Shown here in pieces: positions 24,956 through 34,381 of a stretch of DNA of 56,512 nt (positions are counted from its first letter, which is position 1; each line of letters begins with the position of its first letter). The notes below the pieces were generated by a model. It ran no database searches. It saw only the letters and a program-made list of their open reading frames with translations, and had not been told where the DNA came from. Origin of the DNA: an uncultured Chloroflexota bacterium (GTDB lineage Bacteria > Chloroflexota > Limnocylindria > Limnocylindrales > CSP1-4); contig CAIYHO010000279.1 of the NCBI GenBank assembly GCA_903925955.1, forward strand, positions 1-56,512, written 5' to 3'. The translations under genes were made by a program, and so were the position numbers.

Positions 24956-25537
24956 TTACCCGGCCTGCGTCATGGCGATGTCCACCACCAACTGGTGGAA
25001 CCGCGTCTCGCCGGCCAGCTCCGGGTGGAACGAGGTGGCCATCACGTTGCCCTCACGGACGGCGACGATGCGGCCATCCGGCAGCTGCGCCATAACCTCC
25101 ACGCTGGGACCGATGCGCTCGATGACGGGCGCACGGATAAAGACCGCGTGGACGGGCTCAGCACCCAGACCCGGCACGGACAGCTGCGTCTCAAACGAGT
25201 CCAGCTGGCGGCCGAAGGCGTTGCGCTGGACCGTCACGTCCAGCAGCGGCAGGACGGGCGCCTCACCGCCGGCGATCTCGTTGGCCAGGATGATCATCCC
25301 GGCGCAGGTGCCAAAGATGGGGGCGCCGGTGGCGGCAAAGTCCAGGATGGGCTCGCGCAGCTCCCAGCGGTCGATGAGCTTGCGCATCGTGGTGCTCTCG
25401 CCGCCGGGCAGGACAAGACCGCCGAGGCCGTCAAGATCGGCTGGCAGGCGCACCTCGACAGGCTCCGCACCAATGGCACGGAGCGCCGCGACATGTTCTG
25501 CAAACGCCCCCTGCAGGGCGAGCACCCCAATCCTCAT
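24956..25537 (-). CDS. pdxT: pyridoxal 5'-phosphate synthase glutaminase subunit
   Basis: MRIGVLALQGAFAEH, GGESTT, TCAGMI (catalytic Cys), SFHPE. Confidence 0.92.
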   Translation of the reverse strand: MRIGVLALQGAFAEHVAALRAIGAEPVEVRLPADLDGLGGLVLPGGESTTMRKLIDRWELREPILDFAATGAPIFGTCAGMIILANEIAGGEAPVLPLLDVTVQRNAFGRQLDSFETQLSVPGLGAEPVHAVFIRAPVIERIGPSVEVMAQLPDGRIVAVREGNVMATSFHPELAGETRFHQLVVDIAMTQAG

Positions 25538-25600
25538 GGCGCGGACACCCGGCGAGCGCGGGAGCCCGGACGCCGCTCGGCCGTGCCGATGGCCGGCCGC

Positions 25601-26485
25601 CTACCAGCCCCGGGAGGCGAGCCGCTCGTTCTCCGGGATCGTGGACATCTCGATGCCGCGCATCGGGTTGCCAAGGCCCTTGGAGACCTCCGCGAGGATC
25701 TTTGCGTCTGCGAAGTGCGTTGTGGCCTGGACGATGGCCGCGGCCATCTTGGCCGGGTTGTCGCTCTTGAAGATGCCGGAGCCCACGAAGACGCCCTCGG
25801 CGCCAAGCTGCATCACAAGCGCCGCGTCCGCCGGGGTGCTGATGCCGCCCGCAACGAAGTTGACCACCGGCAGCTTGCCGTCCTGGGCAACCTGCTTGAC
25901 CAGCTCGTACGGCGCCTGGAGCTCTTTGGCGGCGACGAAGAGCTCGTCCTCGCGCATGCCCTGGAGACGGCGGATGGCCGCCAGCACATCGCGCAGCTGG
26001 TGCACGGCCTCAACGACGTTGCCGGTGCCGGCCTCGCCCTTGGTCCGCATCATCGCCGCGCCTTCGTTGATCCGGCGCAGGGCCTCGCCGAGGTTTCGGC
26101 AGCCGCAGACAAACGGGACCTTGAAGTCATGCTTGCTGATGTGGTTGCGCTCGTCGGCCGGGGTGAGGACCTCAGACTCGTCGATGTAGTCCACGCCCAG
26201 CGCCTGGAGGATCTGCGCCTCGACGAAGTGGCCGATGCGCGCCTTGGCCATGACCGGGATGCTGACCGCCGCCATGATCCCCGTGATCATCTCGGGGTCC
26301 GACATGCGGGCAACGCCGCCGTTGGCGCGGATGTCCGAGGGGACGCGCTCAAGCGCCATGACGGCACACGCGCCGGCGTCCTCAGCGATACGCGCCTGAT
26401 CGGGCGTGACGACGTCCATGATGACGCCGCCCTTGAGCATCTGGGCGAGGCCCTTCTTGGTGGCCCAGGTGGATGTTTCGGTCAT
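25601..26485 (-). CDS. pdxS: pyridoxal 5'-phosphate synthase lyase subunit
   Basis: [36 protein letters not shown] and full-length PdxS-like sequence. Confidence 0.95.
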   Translation of the reverse strand: MTETSTWATKKGLAQMLKGGVIMDVVTPDQARIAEDAGACAVMALERVPSDIRANGGVARMSDPEMITGIMAAVSIPVMAKARIGHFVEAQILQALGVDYIDESEVLTPADERNHISKHDFKVPFVCGCRNLGEALRRINEGAAMMRTKGEAGTGNVVEAVHQLRDVLAAIRRLQGMREDELFVAAKELQAPYELVKQVAQDGKLPVVNFVAGGISTPADAALVMQLGAEGVFVGSGIFKSDNPAKMAAAIVQATTHFADAKILAEVSKGLGNPMRGIEMSTIPENERLASRGW

Positions 26486-26649
26486 GGCTGGTTGGGCTCT
26501 CCGAGGAAGCGTGAGGGGCCCGATCCTGCGGCTTGGCGCCAGGTTCTGGCCTATGTGTGCCGGTTCGGTCCGGCGACGCCGTGGAATTATCGCACGGAGC
26601 CCCGCGAGAGCCCCGCCGCCGTTCCCGCATCGCCTCCTTCGAGGCGTCC

Positions 26650-26669
26650 CTGACCCAGCTGTGGGTCAG
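26650..26669. promoter_or_regulatory. perfect palindrome CTGACCCA-GCTG-TGGGTCAG
   Basis: 8-4-8 perfect inverted repeat about 165 bp upstream of the pdxS start. Confidence 0.4.
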
Positions 26670-26745
26670 ACGCTGGGTTGGCACGCAGCGTTTGCATCCC
26701 CAGGCGCGGCTTCGGCGTGCGGACCGTGCACAACCCGGGCTGTTT

Positions 26746-26763
26746 TGACCCTGTCGTGGGTCA
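26746..26763. promoter_or_regulatory. related palindrome TGACCC-TGTCGT-GGGTCA
   Basis: Same TGACCC/GGGTCA half-sites as 26650-26669, about 95 bp away. Confidence 0.35.
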
Positions 26764-26837
26764 GGCCCCGTGAGCGGGGGTGCGCTCGTCAGCGCGGGCG
26801 TTGTGTTCGGCCACGTGCCGCAGCTGTTCGCCCGCTG

Positions 26838-27023
26838 CCGCAGGTATTCCCCCGGGGCATCGATTCGGGCCAGTTTGCGGCCAACCGTGTCGTCGTGATT
26901 ACCCCGGGGCATCAACGCGACACATATCTGGCTCCGATGGGGCCGTTTCTGCTCCAACGATGCCCCGCAGGCATCACCGGAACAACGTCGGTTCGAAATC
27001 GATGCCCGCGGGGAATACCGCGG
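26838..27023. repeat. 186-bp element with ~30-nt terminal inverted repeats and nested GGGGCATC motifs
   Basis: Left arm CCGCAGGTATTCCCCCGGGGCATCGATTCGG pairs with right arm CGAAATCGATGCCCGCGGGGAATACCGCGG. Inner motifs GGGGCATC (26854, 26906) and GATGCCC(C/G) (26959, 27001). Local hairpin GATGCC-CCGCA-GGCATC (26959-75). Confidence 0.75.
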
Positions 27024-27109
27024 ACATGCCGATAGCCGGTCAGCCGCCGTCGGCGCGGGTGCGCTCCAGCAAGTCGCGGATGCGGTCGTCCGCTCCGTGC
27101 GACCTGCGG

Positions 27110-27844
27110 CTACCGGGCCAGCGTGCGCACCACGCCGGACATCAGTGTTGTCGCGCGTCGCGCAGACTTGGGCGAGAGGCGGCTCAGCGCCTCCACCAGC
27201 TCCAGGACGTCGCGGTCCGGCAGACCATCGAGCAGCGAGATCAGCCGCAGGATCGTGTCGTCGGGCACCTCGCCCAGCAGGCGCAGACCGCGGGCAAGCT
27301 CGGTTGGCTCCAAACGGCTGACCAAGCCCACGGCCCGGTCGAACAGCCGCACAAACACGAGAAACGTGGCGAGCCATTCGCGCAAACGGGCAAGGTCGGG
27401 ATCGCCCGGCGCGCGCTCAATGGCGGCGGTGGTGTCGGCCAACGTCTTCTCAAGGACCACCACGATGGGGTCGCCCTCACGGACCTTGCGCTCTGCGACA
27501 ACGCGGCCAAACCAGCGCCAGTGGTCGCCGATGGCCTGGTACGCCACACCAGCCGGTCCGCGGCGGCCCACGCGGCGCGTCTCCGAAACGCGCTCCACAA
27601 GACCCCAGGCTTCAGCTTCGGCCAGCGCCAGACTGGCGGCGCGATGGGAGAGCCCAAGCGCCTCGCGAACCTCGCGCTCTGTCAGCGGCTCTTGCCGCGC
27701 CATCAGGTAGGCGTGGACGCGGGCGATCGCCGGGGCCACACCCCAGGCCGCGCCCATCTCGCCCCAGGCATCTGCCAACTGGCGGCGGATCTCCTCGGCG
27801 ATGGGGCTGGAGGGCTTCTCGGGCTTGTCGGGCTTGTCGGTCAC
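27110..27844 (-). CDS. MarR/GbsR-like winged-helix transcriptional regulator
   Basis: IARVHAYLMARQEPLTEREVREALGLSHRAASLALAEAEAWGLVERV is a wHTH pattern. A C-terminal helical extension follows. Confidence 0.55.
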   Translation of the reverse strand: MTDKPDKPEKPSSPIAEEIRRQLADAWGEMGAAWGVAPAIARVHAYLMARQEPLTEREVREALGLSHRAASLALAEAEAWGLVERVSETRRVGRRGPAGVAYQAIGDHWRWFGRVVAERKVREGDPIVVVLEKTLADTTAAIERAPGDPDLARLREWLATFLVFVRLFDRAVGLVSRLEPTELARGLRLLGEVPDDTILRLISLLDGLPDRDVLELVEALSRLSPKSARRATTLMSGVVRTLAR

Positions 27845-27885
27845 GGGCAGATGCTACTCCGCGGGCAGCGCGGTATCGTCACCCC

Positions 27886-28980
27886 ATGACGCCGCGCAGC
27901 CTTGACCCTGTGGCGCTCGATCGGGCCTTCGCCGTGGCTCGCGGGCTGGTTGACGACGGCACGCTCCCGTTTGCGATCCTCGGCATCGCAAACGCAGCCG
28001 GGACCGTGCGGCTCGAGGCCGTTTCGGCTCCCGAACACGCTGCGGTTGATGTGAACTCGGTTTGCCTTCTGGCATCGATCACCAAGCCCATCGTCGCCAC
28101 GGCCGTTGTGCGCCTGGCGGCGGAGGGCCGGTTCTCGCTGCAGGAGCCGCTTGCCCGATGGCTGCCGGAGCTGGGCGACGACGCCAACCGCTCGCGGATC
28201 ACCGCTTGGCACGTCCTGACGCACACGAGCGGGCTCGAGGACGTGGACACCGCGCCCCTGCTGTTGCGTGGCGCGGCCCGTGAGGAGTTGCTCGCCCAGG
28301 TGCTTGCCCAGCCGTCGTCGGCGGCGCCCGGAGCCCGCTTCGAGTACGCGTCGCACACGTTTGACCTGCTCGCAGTGGCCCTGGAGCGAGGGCTCGGGAC
28401 CCAGCTTGAGGCGCTGCTCCAAGAAACCGTGCTTGGGCCCCTGGGCATGCACGACACCTGCTTTGACCCAACTGTCGATCCGGAACTCGCCTCGAGGCTC
28501 GCCCCTGTGGCGGTGGGCCCCTGGGATCCGATGATCCCGCCTGCCGCGGTGGCAGACCCTGCTGTTGCCGCAGCGCTCGTCCGCTCGTATCGCAGCCTGC
28601 GGATGGCGGGCGGCGGTCTGTCCAGCACTGCCGACGACCTCCTCCGGTTTGGCCGGGCGATGCTCCGCGGCGGGGAACTTGACGGCAGGCGTGTCCTGGG
28701 GCCGGTCTTCGTTGACCTGATGACCCGTGAGACCACGGTGGGTGGGATTGGCGCCGCGGCTGATCCACTGGATGCCCACCACTACGCGCTTGGCTGGGGC
28801 AAGCCCGCACCGCACGACCCGGCGTCACCAAGCGCCTTCGGCCACAGCGGCGCCTCCTGCACGCGCCTGTGGATCGACCCGGCCCACGATCTGGTGGTGG
28901 TGTTCCTCGGTGGCTCATGGGGCAGGCCCACAAGGCTCATGGACCCCATCGTTGACGCGGTGTACGCCGCAGTCCGGTGA
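27886..28980 (+). CDS. serine hydrolase, beta-lactamase/transpeptidase-like fold
   Basis: SxxK motif LASITKPIV plus HLLTHTSGL-like WHVLTHTSGL. Class C/esterase-type. Confidence 0.75.
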   Translation: MTPRSLDPVALDRAFAVARGLVDDGTLPFAILGIANAAGTVRLEAVSAPEHAAVDVNSVCLLASITKPIVATAVVRLAAEGRFSLQEPLARWLPELGDDANRSRITAWHVLTHTSGLEDVDTAPLLLRGAAREELLAQVLAQPSSAAPGARFEYASHTFDLLAVALERGLGTQLEALLQETVLGPLGMHDTCFDPTVDPELASRLAPVAVGPWDPMIPPAAVADPAVAAALVRSYRSLRMAGGGLSSTADDLLRFGRAMLRGGELDGRRVLGPVFVDLMTRETTVGGIGAAADPLDAHHYALGWGKPAPHDPASPSAFGHSGASCTRLWIDPAHDLVVVFLGGSWGRPTRLMDPIVDAVYAAVR

Positions 28981-29930
28981 GGCAGCGTCATCGCCTGCTC
29001 ACCGTGGGCCTTGTCCTGTGCACTGTCGCGCTGGCGGCGTTTGGGCTGGCAAAGATTGTGTTTCGACCGGCCACGCCGCCGTCGGGCCCCGGGGTGTCCA
29101 TAGAGCAGCACCTCCGAGCAGGGCAGACGACGGCGACACTTGCTGTCATCGGCGATTTCGGGTCTGCAGATGCCGGCGAGGCATCGGTGGCGTCTCTTGT
29201 GGCCGAGTGGTTGCCCGACGCTGTCGTGTCCGTTGGGGACAACTACTACGTGGAGGCCGGCGGCACGGGTCTGGACCGTTACGACCGCACGATTGGCGCC
29301 TACTACTGCGCGTTCCTCCGCGGGGCGGCCACTGGCGCACGCTGCCCTTCGGGCGGAACTGCCGATGAGAACCGCTTCTGGTCCGCTACCGGCAACCATG
29401 ACTACACCACTGCCGGCATCGACCTGTACGCGGGCTATCTCCCGTTCCCCGGCAACGAGCGCTGGTTCTCCGTGCGGATTGGTGCGGCGGAATTGTTTGT
29501 CCTCGATTCCGATCTCGCGCTGCGCGACAGCGGCGAGATGGCGGCCCAGCGCGCGTGGCTGGAGACTGCGACTGCCGCCTCGACCGCCCGCTGGAAGATC
29601 GCCGTCTTCCACCATCCGCCGTATGCCTCGGGCGACCGGCACGGCTCCACAACCGCGATGCGGTGGCCGTTTGCCGCGATGGGGATCAGCCTTGTCCTCA
29701 ACGGCCATGAGCACTCGTACGAGCGGCTGCTGGTTGACGGTGTGACGTATGTGGTGGACGGCGTTGGCGGGGCAAGGCGCTACGGATTTGGGAAGCCGCT
29801 CGCCGGATCGATGACGAGGTTCGCAGCCAACTGGGGCGCGCTACGTCTGGACATCACTCCGGACGCCATCCGCGGCACGTTCAGCAGCGTGGACGGCGTC
29901 ACGAGGGACACGTTCAGCATCACGCCGTGA
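28977..29930 (+). CDS. calcineurin-like metallophosphoesterase with N-terminal membrane anchor
   Basis: VIGDFG, GDNYY, GNHDY, FHHPPY and NGHEHSYE motifs. Confidence 0.8.
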   Translation: MRQRHRLLTVGLVLCTVALAAFGLAKIVFRPATPPSGPGVSIEQHLRAGQTTATLAVIGDFGSADAGEASVASLVAEWLPDAVVSVGDNYYVEAGGTGLDRYDRTIGAYYCAFLRGAATGARCPSGGTADENRFWSATGNHDYTTAGIDLYAGYLPFPGNERWFSVRIGAAELFVLDSDLALRDSGEMAAQRAWLETATAASTARWKIAVFHHPPYASGDRHGSTTAMRWPFAAMGISLVLNGHEHSYERLLVDGVTYVVDGVGGARRYGFGKPLAGSMTRFAANWGALRLDITPDAIRGTFSSVDGVTRDTFSITP

Positions 29931-30433
29931 CGGCGGCGCCCGCGTCGGCGCCCGCGTCGGCGCCCGCGTCGTCACCTGCCGTGGCGCTCATTGCGCCGCG
30001 TGGCACCCGCGTTGGGCTTCTTGGCCTCCACAACGACGCCCACCATGTGCCCGAGCCCATCCATGGCGGCCCCGACGGCGCGGTCTGCCTCTACGCGCAG
30101 GAGGCCATCGAACGCGTCCGCGCGGATGGCCATCAAGCGTTCCCAGGCGCCTACGGGGAGAATCTCACCCTGCTTGGCGTGGCCTAGACGGCGCTTCGTG
30201 CGGGCAACCGGCTGGCCATTGGCGATGCCGAGGCCGGACTGCACCTTGAACGTGTGAAGCCTGCAACGACGTGCGGGACCATTGCCCACTGGTTCCTGGA
30301 GCGCCGGATCGCACGGATCAGCGCCAAGGTGCACCCCGAGGACGCTCGCTGGTACGCCCGAGTCCTGCGTGAGGGCGTTGTCGCGCCGGGTATGCCCGTG
30401 CTTGTGGAGCAGGGTCGCGCTACCGCTCCCTGA
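29927..30433 (+). pseudogene. MOSC-domain gene interrupted by one in-frame TAG
   Basis: HGGPDGAVCLY...GAYGENLTLLGVA, then TAG (30185-87), then TALRAGNRLAIGDAEAGLHLERVKPATTCG...ARWYARVLREGVVAPGMPV continues in the same frame to TGA 30431-33. Confidence 0.7.
29935..29970. repeat. perfect 12-nt tandem repeat x3 (GGCGCCCGCGTC)
   Basis: Three identical head-to-tail units encoding APAS repeats at the 5' end of the MOSC reading frame. Confidence 0.95.
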
Positions 30434-30464
30434 CGCCTTCGCGCCATGTTGGTATGGTTCGCGG

Positions 30465-30980
30465 ATGGACGGCGTTGTGCTTGTGCTGAGCCAGAACTAC
30501 GAGCCTCTCAACGTCTGTAACGTGCCCCGCGCATTCCGGCTGGTCTTCGGCTCCAAGGCGGAGGTGGTTGAGTACGACCACCAGGAGATCCGGTCCATCC
30601 GCGCCATCCATCGGGCGCCGTCCGTGATCCGCCTGCAGCACCAGATCCGTCGGCCGCGCCCGCGTGTGAAGCTCAGCCGCCGCGAGGTCTTTGAGCGCGA
30701 TCGCCACACCTGCCAGTACTGCGGCAAGGTGGGCCACGACCTCACGCTGGACCACGTCCTGCCGCGTCATCGCGGCGGCGCCCACACGTGGGAGAACCTC
30801 GTGGCAGCCTGCCGGCCGTGCAATCACCGCAAGGGCGGCCGGACGCCAGAGGAGGCGCGGATGCGGATGCTGCGTCCGCCGCACGAGCCCCGGAGCGATG
30901 TGTTTTCGCTGTTCTCGCCGTATCTGCAGGACACGCGGAACGAGGCCTGGCGGGACTACCTGTTCCTCGGCCGGAACTGA
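30465..30980 (+). CDS. HNH endonuclease family protein
   Basis: CQYCG...LTLDHVLPRHRGGAHTWENLVAACRPCNHRKG. Start trimmed to ATG 30465. Confidence 0.85.
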   Translation: MDGVVLVLSQNYEPLNVCNVPRAFRLVFGSKAEVVEYDHQEIRSIRAIHRAPSVIRLQHQIRRPRPRVKLSRREVFERDRHTCQYCGKVGHDLTLDHVLPRHRGGAHTWENLVAACRPCNHRKGGRTPEEARMRMLRPPHEPRSDVFSLFSPYLQDTRNEAWRDYLFLGRN

Positions 30981-30988
30981 GCGCGGCG

Positions 30989-32416
30989 ATGGCCGCTGAC
31001 CCGGTGGCCGATGCCGCCCTAGCCGATGCCGCCGCCCGCGTGGCCGCTGCGGCGCCCCAGGTGGTCCTGGACCTGATCGACCAGCTGGTTGCCGGCGGCC
31101 ATAGCGGCTGGGTGGTTGGCGGATCGCTGCGCGATGTGCTGCTGGGCCGGGCGCCTGACGACTGGGATCTGGCCACCGATGCCCTGCCCGAGCGCCTCGT
31201 CGCCCTGTTCCCGGGCGCCGTCTACGAGAACCGCTTTGGCACGGTTGCCATCCGGCGCAGGGACGAGCTGTTTGAGGTCACCACCTTCCGCACCGAGCAC
31301 GACTACGCGGACTTCCGGCGGCCCCACCGCGTGGAGTTTGGCGAGGACCTTGTGGCGGACCTGGCGCGTCGGGACTTCACCGTCAACGCGATGGCGTGGG
31401 GGCGCGGGCCGGGCGCCGCCGATACGGACGGGACCGAGTGGCCAACGCTCGTTGACCCCTTTGGCGGGCTGGCGGACTTGGCGGCGGGGACGCTGCGCGC
31501 GGTGGGCGACGCACACGCCCGCTTCCGCGAGGATGCCCTGCGCATGGTGCGCGCGGTGCGGCTGGCGGCGGCCCTCGGGTTTGCCATTGAGCCCGCGACA
31601 CTTGCGGCGATCACGGCCAACGCCGCGCTGGTGGGTCGGCTGTCCGGCGAACGGATTGGGGCGGAACTTGGCAAGATCCTCGAGACGCCCAAGCCATCGG
31701 TGGGTCTTGCGCTGGCCCAGCAGACCGGCCTGCTCGCGGTGATCTCGCCGCAGCTCGCGCTCCAGCGCGGCGTCCCGCAGAACAAGGCCCCAGGCGAAGA
31801 CCTCTGGGACCACACGCTGCGGACCGTGGACGCGGCCCCGGCGGACCGGCCCGTCGTGCGGCTGGCCGCCCTGCTCCACGACATCGGCAAGGTGGAGACC
31901 CTCGCGGACGGCCACTTCCCGCACCACGAGGCCGCCGGTGCCGCGCGCGCCGACGAACTGCTGCGCCGTCTGCGCTACCCGCGCTCAGCGGCCGACGAGG
32001 TGGTCCACCTCATCCGCCACCACATGTTCGGAGCGGACCTGACCCTGTCCGACGCGGCGATTCGGCGGTTCATCATGCGCATTGGCCGGGACAAGCTGGA
32101 CGCGCTGTTTGCGCTCCGCCGCGCCGACGATGCCGGGAGCGGCACCGCGGGCGACGATCCCGTGCTCACAGCGTTCATCGCACGGGTCCATGCGGAACTC
32201 ACCGCGGACGTGCCGCTGGACCGCAACGCGCTGGCCGTGGACGGCACGGACCTCATGGGCGAACTGGGGATGACGCAGGGGCCGCGTCTGGGTCTTGTGA
32301 TTGACGAATTGCTGGACCGCGTGGTTGTGGATCCGGGGCTCAACGAGCGCGGCTCGCTCCTCCTGCTGGCACAGGGCATCCTTGCCAACATGGACAAGGA
32401 CCCGGTGGCATCGTGA
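30989..32416 (+). CDS. cca: CCA-adding tRNA nucleotidyltransferase/poly(A) polymerase family with HD domain
   Basis: GGSLRDVLLGRAPDDWDLATD, RRDFTVNAMA and the HD motif LLHDIGK. Start set at ATG 30989. Confidence 0.85.
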   Translation: MAADPVADAALADAAARVAAAAPQVVLDLIDQLVAGGHSGWVVGGSLRDVLLGRAPDDWDLATDALPERLVALFPGAVYENRFGTVAIRRRDELFEVTTFRTEHDYADFRRPHRVEFGEDLVADLARRDFTVNAMAWGRGPGAADTDGTEWPTLVDPFGGLADLAAGTLRAVGDAHARFREDALRMVRAVRLAAALGFAIEPATLAAITANAALVGRLSGERIGAELGKILETPKPSVGLALAQQTGLLAVISPQLALQRGVPQNKAPGEDLWDHTLRTVDAAPADRPVVRLAALLHDIGKVETLADGHFPHHEAAGAARADELLRRLRYPRSAADEVVHLIRHHMFGADLTLSDAAIRRFIMRIGRDKLDALFALRRADDAGSGTAGDDPVLTAFIARVHAELTADVPLDRNALAVDGTDLMGELGMTQGPRLGLVIDELLDRVVVDPGLNERGSLLLLAQGILANMDKDPVAS

Positions 32417-32739
32417 ACGAGCTGCTGCTGGCCGCCGAGCGGACGCTCTCCTACGGGCTGGCCGACGAAGCGGAGCGGCTCTACCGCCAGGCCGCCGCCG
32501 AGGACCCGACAAGCTCGCTGGCCATCGTGGGGCTTGCGCGCGTGGCGCTGGAGCGGGCCGACGACGCTGGCGCACTTGCCCTCGCCCGCCAGGCGCTTGC
32601 ACTGGAGCCCGCCAACGAGGCAGCGTCGCGCCTTGTCGCGCGTCTGGAAGAAGTCCTCCGCTACCGTGAGGGAACGCACACCCCCGCACGTCCAGCGGCG
32701 CCACAACCTGCCGCGCCCAAAGGAGCCCCACACCCATGA
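32413..32739 (+). CDS. small TPR-like repeat protein
   Basis: Ala/Leu-rich helical repeats (AERLYRQAAAEDP..., ALALARQALALEPANEAA). Start and stop overlap cca and galE. Confidence 0.5.
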   Translation: MNELLLAAERTLSYGLADEAERLYRQAAAEDPTSSLAIVGLARVALERADDAGALALARQALALEPANEAASRLVARLEEVLRYREGTHTPARPAAPQPAAPKGAPHP

Positions 32740-33749
32740 GAGTCCTGGTCACCGGCGGGGCCGGCTATGTGGGCGGCGTGTCCGTTGACGCAATCCTCGC
32801 AGCAGGCCATCACGTTGTGGTCCTGGACGACCTGACCACCGGCCATGGGCCGGGGGTGAACGCAGGCGCCCGTCTTGTTGAGGGCTCGTACGCAGCCGAA
32901 CAGGCCGTGCGCCAGCTGCTGCGCGACGAGCGGATTGACGCCATCCTCCACTGCGCCGCGCGCTCGCTTGTGGGCGAAAGCATGAGCAACCCGGCCAAGT
33001 ACTACCGCGACAACGTCGCCGGCGGCATCGCCCTGCTTGAGGCGGCCCGTGAAGCAGGCGTTGGCCGGGTGGTCTTCTCCTCCACCGCCGCCACGTACGG
33101 CGTCCCGGACGCCACGCCCATCGCGGAAGATGCGCCGCTGCGCCCCATCAACACCTACGGGGAGACGAAGCGCGCGTTTGAGGGCGCGCTGCGCTGGTAC
33201 GGCCACGCCTACGGGCTGCGGTCGGTGATCCTGCGCTACTTCAACGTGGCTGGCGCAACCGAGCGCCTGGGCGAGGTCCATCGCCCCGAAACGCACCTCA
33301 TCCCCAACGTCCTGCTGGCAGCCGATGGCGGCCCTGCCCTCACCCTGTTTGGCGAGGACTACCCCACGCCCGACGGCACGCCTATCCGCGATTACATCCA
33401 CGTGGCGGACCTTGCCGATGCGCACCTTGCGGCGCTGCTGGCAACCGATCCTGCCGACGCGCGAACCGGACCTGTGGGCGGTGGCCCAACGGAGCCGCTG
33501 ATCTGCAACTTGGGCACGTCCACCGGCTTTTCCGTGCGCGATGTGCTGGCCGCGGCACAGGCAGTCGTTGGCGCGCCAATCCCCTATACGGTTGGGCCGC
33601 GACGGGCTGGCGATCCGCCGGTGCTGGTTGCGTCCAACGAGCGGGCCCGCAGCGTGCTGGGCTGGACGCCGCGTCGCTCCACGCTGCCGGAGATGATCGG
33701 CTCGGCCTGGGCGTGGCGGCAGGCGCATCCGGCAGGCTACGGGGACTGA
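32736..33749 (+). CDS. galE: UDP-glucose 4-epimerase
   Basis: MRVLVTGGAGYVGG, YGETK (YxxxK), DYIHVADLADAH. Confidence 0.9.
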   Translation: MRVLVTGGAGYVGGVSVDAILAAGHHVVVLDDLTTGHGPGVNAGARLVEGSYAAEQAVRQLLRDERIDAILHCAARSLVGESMSNPAKYYRDNVAGGIALLEAAREAGVGRVVFSSTAATYGVPDATPIAEDAPLRPINTYGETKRAFEGALRWYGHAYGLRSVILRYFNVAGATERLGEVHRPETHLIPNVLLAADGGPALTLFGEDYPTPDGTPIRDYIHVADLADAHLAALLATDPADARTGPVGGGPTEPLICNLGTSTGFSVRDVLAAAQAVVGAPIPYTVGPRRAGDPPVLVASNERARSVLGWTPRRSTLPEMIGSAWAWRQAHPAGYGD

Positions 33750-33913
33750 CAGCAGTACCCGGCTGGGACCTCTGCCGGGGTGACCTCATCGTCAGCGCGG
33801 TTATGCTGGTGCACGGACGCGCCGCGAATTGGCGTGCAAGGGGTGCTGTCAGGATCAGCCGGTAGCATCCCAAACGTGCACCGTGCGGTGCGCCACGCTG
33901 CGCTGGAGTAACG

Positions 33914-34381
33914 ATGCTGGGACGCCGCCACGGATCACGGAGCCGGCGACGACGGACGCGAGGCCAGGCACTGGTTGAATTCGCGATCGTGCTGCCCGTC
34001 TTCATGCTGGTCCTGGCCGGGATCCTGGACTTTGGGTTCCTGCTGTTTGACCGCATGACGCTGATCAGCGCGGCGAGGGACGCGGCACGCGTTTCCATCA
34101 GCGTGGCCGACAAGACCACCATCCCCGCGATCGCTGCCAATTCGGTCAAGGGCAGCGTGACCGGCATGACCCCAAGCGCCGTATCCACAACCATCTCGTG
34201 TGTCGCAGGCACGGTCGGCGGCGCCTGCGCCTTCACGGGCTCTGCCTCAAGCGTCCCGCATCTGGCCGCGTCTGGGGACAGCGTCAGGGTGGTTGTGTCA
34301 TATCCGTACCACTCGTTCTTCCCGCTGCTCTTTGGCCAGGTCATCACCATTGACGCTGCGGTCCAGATGGTGGTGGAGTGA
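33914..34381 (+). CDS. TadE-like pilus/pseudopilin family protein
   Basis: GQALVEFAIVLPVFMLVLAGILDFGFLL is the TadE N-terminal motif. Confidence 0.7.
   Translation: MLGRRHGSRSRRRRTRGQALVEFAIVLPVFMLVLAGILDFGFLLFDRMTLISAARDAARVSISVADKTTIPAIAANSVKGSVTGMTPSAVSTTISCVAGTVGGACAFTGSASSVPHLAASGDSVRVVVSYPYHSFFPLLFGQVITIDAAVQMVVE

Noticed and set aside
24548-26653. 701-aa plus-strand ORF, plus similar long ORFs at 16013-18028(-), 7808-9226(-), 5057-6451(+), 39789-41378(-), 53355-54563(-) and 27841-28815(-)
   Set aside because: All are antisense or out of frame relative to genes with strong family signatures (pdxS/pdxT, the dehydrogenase and ligase, tldD, hupS/hupL, gpgS, the ABC ATPase, the beta-lactamase-like gene). 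All have low-complexity Arg/Gly/Ala-rich translations.
26985-27005. GGTTCGAAATC resembling a tRNA T-loop
   Set aside because: No flanking stems or acceptor pairing are present. The sequence is part of the right terminal inverted repeat of the 186-bp element.
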